From: an uncultured Actinomycetes bacterium
Lineage (GTDB): Bacteria > Actinomycetota > Acidimicrobiia > IMCC26256 > DASPTH01
Direction of reading: 5' to 3'
Length of the DNA stretch: 64,000 bases
Assembly (NCBI GenBank): GCA_963726965.1
Contig: CAVSEI010000001.1
Span: 31,924 to 95,923 of the forward strand
Under the pieces are notes generated by a model. That model was not told the origin of the DNA and made no database searches. It was given only the letters and a program-made list of their open reading frames with translations. How positions within the stretch are numbered: the stretch's first letter is position 1; each line of letters begins with the position of its first letter. This document shows, piece after piece, positions 58,191 to 64,000 of the stretch. The translations under genes were made by a program, and so were the position numbers.

Positions 58191-58756
58191 AGACGCGTGC
58201 GTACCGCACCCTGGTGTGGCTCTATCCCCGCGGGTTCCGGCGCGAGTACGGGGCCGACGTCGTGCAGGCCTTCCGCGACGACGTCGCCGGGCGCGGCGTA
58301 TGGCGCGCCGGTTGGCGAGCCGCGGTCGATCTCGTCGTGTCCGTCCCGAACCAACACCTGGAGGCAGCCATGTCCGGTGAGCATCACACGGAGATCGCCG
58401 GTTTCGTCCTGATCGCAGTCGCGGCGGTCGTGCTGCTCGTTCTCGGCGGCGTCGTCGGGATCATCGGCGTGGTGCTGCTCGCCGGGATCATGGTCGCGGT
58501 GCTGCGATCGCGGGCCCCCTACCGGGAAGCGCTGCGCGACCTCAGCTCGGCGTGGTGGATCTTCCTCGTGACCGGTGGCGCGATCCTCGGCACCATCATC
58601 GTGGCGACCGGCGCCGGGCCCGATTTCGACTGGTTCCCCTGGATCCTGCTGTTCGCACTGGTGGTCTTCGCCCTGGTGCTCGTGGCCGCCGGGGTGCTGC
58701 TCGGTGCGGTCGCCCTCACCCGACGGCTCCGGGGTGGTCCGGTCGTCGCCGACTGA
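58187..58756 (+). CDS. PadR-associated membrane protein
   Basis: YPRGFRREYG N-terminus followed by 4 TM helices. Confidence 0.7.
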   Translation: MKTRAYRTLVWLYPRGFRREYGADVVQAFRDDVAGRGVWRAGWRAAVDLVVSVPNQHLEAAMSGEHHTEIAGFVLIAVAAVVLLVLGGVVGIIGVVLLAGIMVAVLRSRAPYREALRDLSSAWWIFLVTGGAILGTIIVATGAGPDFDWFPWILLFALVVFALVLVAAGVLLGAVALTRRLRGGPVVAD

Positions 58757-58788
58757 CAGGGCCCTCGCCCATGGGGCACACTGGAGCG

Positions 58789-59250
58789 ATGGACGACACC
58801 ATGCTCGAGCCCACCGGTCCCACTGTTCCCACCACGCCGTCGACCGAGCCGACCCCACCGAAGCCGACCCTCGACACCCGGGCCTGGCTGGCCGAACGCA
58901 TCGACGGGAAGCTGGCAGCGGGCGTCGCGATCGCGTGGCTGGTCCTCCTCCAGATCGCGTTCGCGCTCGAGCCGGCGACGACCCGGGCCGAGCCGATCTA
59001 CGGCGTCGTCCTCGAGCTCACGATGTGGGCGCTCCTCGCCACGATGCTGACCGGTCTGGTGATGCAACGCCGCCTCGGCCTCGTCGCGTCGCTCGCGGCC
59101 GCCGGGTTCATGACCGCGTTGTCGGTGGCGTGCCCGGTGTCGGGCCACCACGCGTTCGGCACGTGGTGGTACGGACAGATGGCGTGCGTCCTCGCGCTCG
59201 TCGGCGTCAGCGTCGTGGCGTTGCAGCTCTCGTCGCGTGCACCTCGGTGA
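58789..59250 (+). CDS. Hypothetical 4-TM membrane protein
   Basis: Hydrophobic helices; ACPVSGHH motif. Confidence 0.6.
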   Translation: MDDTMLEPTGPTVPTTPSTEPTPPKPTLDTRAWLAERIDGKLAAGVAIAWLVLLQIAFALEPATTRAEPIYGVVLELTMWALLATMLTGLVMQRRLGLVASLAAAGFMTALSVACPVSGHHAFGTWWYGQMACVLALVGVSVVALQLSSRAPR

Positions 59251-59656
59251 ACTGACCTATCTCTACGTCGGTGTCGACGACGTCGAGCGCGCGCTCGCGT
59301 TCTACCGTGACGCGTTCGGCGGCGAACTCGTGTGGCGGTTCCGTCGCTTCGGCACCGAGGTCGCCGCCGTCCGCGTGAGCCCCGTGGGTCCCCTCGTGCT
59401 CCTGGCCGAGCACCGGCCCACGCCGAGCGTCCTCCCCATCTGGTCGACGGCCGATTTCGACGGCGCCATCGCCCGGCTCGCCCAGGCCGGTTACGCCGAC
59501 GACGGCGAAACCGTCGGCACGCCGGACGGTCCGGTGCACGTGCTGCGCGACCCGAGCGGGAACACCTTGGGGTTGCTCCGGCCCGATCAGCCGGGTCGGT
59601 TGGTCGGCGCGTTCGCCGACCCGACGAACACGGGTGCGGTGCACGACGACACGTGA
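59237..59656 (+). CDS. VOC/glyoxalase family protein
   Basis: VDDVERALAFY, RDPSGN. Confidence 0.8.
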   Translation: MHLGELTYLYVGVDDVERALAFYRDAFGGELVWRFRRFGTEVAAVRVSPVGPLVLLAEHRPTPSVLPIWSTADFDGAIARLAQAGYADDGETVGTPDGPVHVLRDPSGNTLGLLRPDQPGRLVGAFADPTNTGAVHDDT

Positions 59657-59680
59657 TCGCCCCGCCAGCCGGTCAGCCGC

Positions 59681-60265
59681 TCAGCCGGTCCGGTGCAGCG
59701 AGTCCCAGGTCGCGCCGACCTCGGCGGGGTCGTACTTGATGACCGGCTCCTGTTCGCCGAACGCGTCCAGCGTGTGCAGGAACCGGTGGTAGCCGATCAT
59801 CGTGCCGCACGTCTGGCCGAGCTCCATGATCTCGGCGGTGGTGAACACCTGGTGCAGCTCGCGGTAGGTGTCGTCGTCGATGGCCCAGTGGTCGGCGGAG
59901 AGTTGGTCGATGAACGCCAGCGCGAGCCGCTCGCGCTCGTCGAGATCGGGCCGCAGCGCCGGATTCATCAGGCAGGCGACGTCGTCGTCGCTGATCGTCT
60001 CCTGCTTGCGCGAACCCATGCACGGTTCGCACCCGCCGAGTTGACCGCTGCGGATGCGCAGCAGCTCGAGCAGCCGACCGGGCAGGAGGTGCGTGGGGAA
60101 GTTCGGGTGACGGTCGCCGTCGTCGGGAACGTCGGCATGATCGGCGTACGCCATGATCTGCAGCGGAATCGGCGTGGTGAACGCGCCGGACTCGGCTCCC
60201 GCCTCGATCATCGCCTGGTAACTCTCGCTGAGCGCTTCGTACGGGACGGGTTCGACACGTGGCAC
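59681..60265 (-). CDS. Carboxymuconolactone decarboxylase/AhpD-like protein
   Basis: ELLRIRS...GCEPC, ERLAL, FTTAEIMEL. Confidence 0.75.
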   Translation of the reverse strand: MPRVEPVPYEALSESYQAMIEAGAESGAFTTPIPLQIMAYADHADVPDDGDRHPNFPTHLLPGRLLELLRIRSGQLGGCEPCMGSRKQETISDDDVACLMNPALRPDLDERERLALAFIDQLSADHWAIDDDTYRELHQVFTTAEIMELGQTCGTMIGYHRFLHTLDAFGEQEPVIKYDPAEVGATWDSLHRTG

Positions 60266-60325
60266 GGTGGCCCCCTCGGGTTCGGTCCTCCCGGGCAAGT
60301 TACCCCGGTGGCGTAGCGTCGGGAG

Positions 60326-61959
60326 ATGGCGACCCACCCGCCACACCAGATGTGGCAACCCACCACGCCGTGCCGCATCTCGGTCGCGCTGTCCGGTGGT
60401 GGGCACCGTGCATCGGCGTGGGGACTCGGGGCCCTGTTCGGGCTGCTGACGATGCGCGACGCGGAAGCGGCCAAGGCCGACGGCGTCCCCGTCGAGGTCA
60501 CCGCGGTCGCGTCGGTGTCGGGAGGTTCGATCACCAACGGTGTCGTCGCCACCGAGCTGCACGCGCGCGGCGTCGGCCTGGGTGACGTACCCATCGACGA
60601 CTTCCGCACCGCCACCGCCGATCTCCTGGCGACGGTCGCGACGAAAGGCCTGATCCCGGCGAAGGGCCGTTCCGCGCGGTACGTCGCGGTGCTGGTCATC
60701 ACGCTCCTGTTGGCGGTGGCGGCAGCCGTCGCCACCGTCGTGGCGTTCCTCACCGCGAGCCGCGGCACGCCCGGGTTCGCGGTGCTGGTCCCGGTGTGGC
60801 TCGGGGCGGGGGCGCTGATCGGGATCGTGATCGCGGCGATGTTCCGCCGCTGGTGGCTGTTCGTCGCGGTGCTGTTCGTCGCGGCCGCCGGTGCCGTCAC
60901 GTGGGGCGTGCTCGGCGACACCCGCGGCGACGCATCGTGGATCGCGGTCGGGAGCCTCGTCGTCGCGGTCGCGCTGCTGACGCTCGTCTTCGTCGCGCTG
61001 CTGTCACGGCGCGGACGGGTGTTGGAACGCGTGCTCGACCGCTTCCACTTCCGGGGCGCGCCGCTCACGGATGTGCACCACGCGGACACCCGCCACGTCT
61101 TCTGCGCGACCGAACTCCAGTCGGGGCACCAGTGTTTCCTCTCGCCCGAGCTCGTCACCGAGTGGAGCGCGGGGGAGGGCGCGCCGGGCACCATCAAGCT
61201 GGCGACCGCGGTGCGGGCGTCGGCCGCGTGCTGCCGCTGGGCTTCCCGCCCGTCGACCTCGAACTCGGCGCGCTCGACGTGCACCTCACCCGGCCCTGGA
61301 ATCCCGAGGGTGAGCCGTCGCTCCCCGTTCCCCGGTGGGTGCTGGCCGACGGCGGCGTCTACGACAACATGGGCGACGAGTGGGAGTACGGCTATCCCGA
61401 ACGGGCGCAAGCGAGCGCGGTGCTCCCACCCGACGGCGCCGCCAATTTCCTCCTGGTCGCCAACGCGGGCAAGGACATCGGCTGGCAGCCGTTCCGGCGC
61501 CTCGGTCGGGTCGCGCTCGAGCTGACCGGCCTGGCGCGCGACCTGGACGTCGTCTACGACGTGAGCACCAGCCAGCGCCGGCGCACGTTGCTCCGCTTGT
61601 TCCGCGAAGCCGAGGAAGCCGGTGTCGGTCTGGTCGGTGTCATCGCGCACGTGCCGACGTCGCCGCTCGACGTCTGTGCCGCGTTCACCGGTGATCCTGA
61701 TCGCGGTGCGCGCGCCCAGGAGGCTCGGATCGCGCTGAACAACATGCGCGAGCACTGGTCGGAGATCGCGGCGCGCAACGGCAACGTCCGCACGACCCTG
61801 GCCGCGATCACCGTCGACACGACGGTCGAGCTGCTCCTGCAGGCCGCCGCGCTCGTCACCGTGTCGTGCTACGTCGTGCACGGGCTCGGTGCAGCGCAAC
61901 CACCGACGCGCGCCGAGATCCACGCGTGGGTCGAGGGCGCCACCGCTCGGAGGAACTAG
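60326..61959 (+). CDS. Patatin-like phospholipase with a transmembrane insertion (frameshift near 61235)
   Basis: LSGGGHRA, SVSGGS, ADGGVYDN. Confidence 0.8.
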
Positions 61960-62486
61960 CCGGAGAGCACCGCCTCGATCCGGTGGCCGAAGGGTTCGAG
62001 CCGGGCGCGCCCGCTGAGGGCAGGGAGCTCGAGCAGCACGCTGATGCCGACGATCGTCGCGGTGAAGAATCGCGACACGAGCGCGCACGTGGCCACCGCA
62101 GTGCCGCCGGTCGCGAGCACGTCGTCGACGATGAGGACGCGGTCGTCGGGGGAGATCGCGTCGCAGTGCACCTCGAGCACATCGCTCCCGTACTCCAGCT
62201 CGTAGCTGTGCGAGTGGGTGTCCCACGGCAACTTGCCTGCTTTGCGAACGGGCACGAATCCCGCGCCGAGCGCGAGCGCGAGCGGCGCGGCCAGGATGAA
62301 GCCGCGGGCTTCGATGCCGACCACCTTGGTGATGGGTTCGCTCCAGGGCGCGCGCAGGAGTTCGGTGGCGAGCCGGAACGCGTCGGGATCCGCGAGCAAC
62401 GGTGTGATGTCACGGAACACCACGCCCGGCTGCGGGAAGTCCGGAATGTCACGGATGAACGGCCAGAGCTCGTCGGCAGTCGTCAC
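61956..62486 (-). CDS. apt: Adenine phosphoribosyltransferase
   Basis: PDFPQPGVVFRDITPLL, EARGF, RKAGKLP, VDDVLATGGT. Confidence 0.96.
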   Translation of the reverse strand: MTTADELWPFIRDIPDFPQPGVVFRDITPLLADPDAFRLATELLRAPWSEPITKVVGIEARGFILAAPLALALGAGFVPVRKAGKLPWDTHSHSYELEYGSDVLEVHCDAISPDDRVLIVDDVLATGGTAVATCALVSRFFTATIVGISVLLELPALSGRARLEPFGHRIEAVLSG

Positions 62487-62533
62487 GCCGTCAATCTACG
62501 GGTAGGGTCCGGAGCACGTCAGGGGGGTCTGTC

Positions 62534-64000
62534 GTGCACGATCTGGTGATCCGGAACGGGACGGTCGTCGACGGGCTCGGCGGGCGTCCGCAACTCGCCG
62601 ACGTCGCGGTCGACGCCGGTCGAATCACCGCGGTCGGCGCCGTCGCCGAACCCGGGGGCGAGGAGCTCGACGCGACCGGGCTCGCGGTCACGCCGGGATT
62701 CGTCGACGTCCACACCCACTACGACGGACAGGTCACGTGGGATCCGCTGCTCACCCCGTCCATCTGGCACGGCGTGACCACCGTGGTGATGGGCAACTGC
62801 GGCGTCGGCTTCGCCCCCGCGGCCCCCGATCGGCGGGACTGGCTCATCGGGCTCATGGAGGGTGTCGAGGGCATCCCCGGCGCGTCGCTGCGGGAAGCCA
62901 TCCGGTGGGACTGGGAATCGGTCGCCGAGTACCTCGACGCGGTCGATCGCATCCCGCGCGCGGTCGACGTCGCCGCCCAGATTCCGCACGGCGCGGTACG
63001 CGCGTTCGTGATGGGGGAGCGCGGTGCGGCCAACGAGCCCGCCACGGACGACGACATCGCACGCATGGCCGAGCTCGTCGCCGAGGGTGTCACCGCGGGT
63101 GCTGTCGGCGTGTCGGTGAACCGGTTGGAGTTGCACAAGGCGGTCGACGGTCGCGAGGTCCCCGGCACGTTCGCGGCGGTGGAGGAGATCGTCGCCCTCG
63201 TGCACGCGGCGCGTGCGGGCTCGCCCGACGCGGTGTTCACCACCATCCTCCCGGGGGCTGCCGGCGACGACCGCGTGGTGTGGGACCGCGAGGTTGACTG
63301 GCTCAGCCGGGTGTCGCGCGAGACCGGGCTCGCGGTCACGTTTCCGTTCGGCGGCTCGAGCACCTCGCCGTGGCCGAGAAGCTCGCCCGCCTCGAACAGG
63401 AGAACGCCGACGGCGCCCGGATCGTCCCGCAGGTCAGCTCGCACGGGCAGGGTCTGTTCTGCGGGCTGCGTACGTCGCACGCCTTCCGCGGTCGCCCGAC
63501 GTACGACGCGCTCGAACATCTGCCCGTCGCCGAGCGCGCCGCGCGCATGGCCGAGCCCGCGGTGCGCGCCGCCATCGTCGCCGAACGCCCGCCGCCCGGC
63601 ATCCCCCGGTTGCGTGACCTCATGCTCGCGTCGGCGCGGTCGGTGTTCCCGTGGCACCCGGTGCCGGTGTACGAACCCGACCCGTCGACCAGCCTCGCGG
63701 CGCAAGCGGAGACGCTCGGCCGCGATCCCGAGGAGCTGTTGTACGACTGGACCATCGCCGACGGCGGCGACGCACTCGTCCACTTCTTCCTCGGTGGCTA
63801 CCCCGGCAACCTCGACGTCAGCGCCGAGTTGCTGGTGCATCCCGCGAGCGTGCTCGGCCTCGGTGACGGTGGCGCCCATGTCGACCTGATCTGCGACGCC
63901 GGCTACCCGTCCTTCCTGTTGTCGTACTGGGTGCGCGAGCGCGAACGGGGCACGATGCCGTTCGAGACCGCGGTCAAGATCCTGACCAGCGAACCGGCGC
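62534..64000 (+). CDS. N-acyl-D-amino-acid deacylase family amidohydrolase (3' truncated by the window, frameshift near 63355)
   Basis: PGFVDVHTHYD, GVTTVVMGNCGVGFAP, GLGDGGAH. Confidence 0.85.

Noticed and set aside
60326-62486. CBASS-like defence system (patatin plus PRTase)
   Set aside because: No CD-NTase is present; apt is a canonical housekeeping gene on the opposite strand

Overview
High-GC actinobacterial chromosome segment; gene content suggests Acidimicrobiia (inference). It carries many single-base indels, even in essential genes (dnaK, purA, purL, dcd), so it is most likely an unpolished long-read assembly. Frameshifted genes are therefore called as CDS, not pseudogenes. Layout: (1-15 kb) catabolic cluster with an ABC permease, SDRs, amidohydrolases, a carboxylesterase, two double-domain CoA-transferases, an enoyl-CoA hydratase and TauD; dcd-tag plus two membrane-anchored coiled-coil proteins; a Tat polysaccharide deacetylase, a FadF-like Fe-S protein and a cNMP-binding protein; dnaK-grpE-dnaJ-hspR and clpB with HAIR operators, separated by a secreted beta-helix protein ending in a TM-less ...QPKFTG tail; the purine cluster purA-D-B-C-S-Q-L-F-M, interrupted by two antisense genes (an uncalled 56-aa B-box-like Zn finger and a basic RGR-motif protein); bldC; a ~5.6-kb integrase-less islet bounded by a duplicated tRNA-Phe 3' end; tRNA-Glu/Asp/Phe; a sulfatase; an operon (FAD oxidoreductase, DUF1365, two CFA-type methyltransferases, DUF1295) with a SigK-like promoter that resembles furan-fatty-acid synthesis genes; TetR/PadR modules, a membrane patatin, apt and a D-aminoacylase. 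Non-coding highlights are two families of dispersed REP-like palindromes that supply stop codons, a MIRU-like mini-ORF bridging dnaK and grpE, and pervasive leaderless-type promoters.
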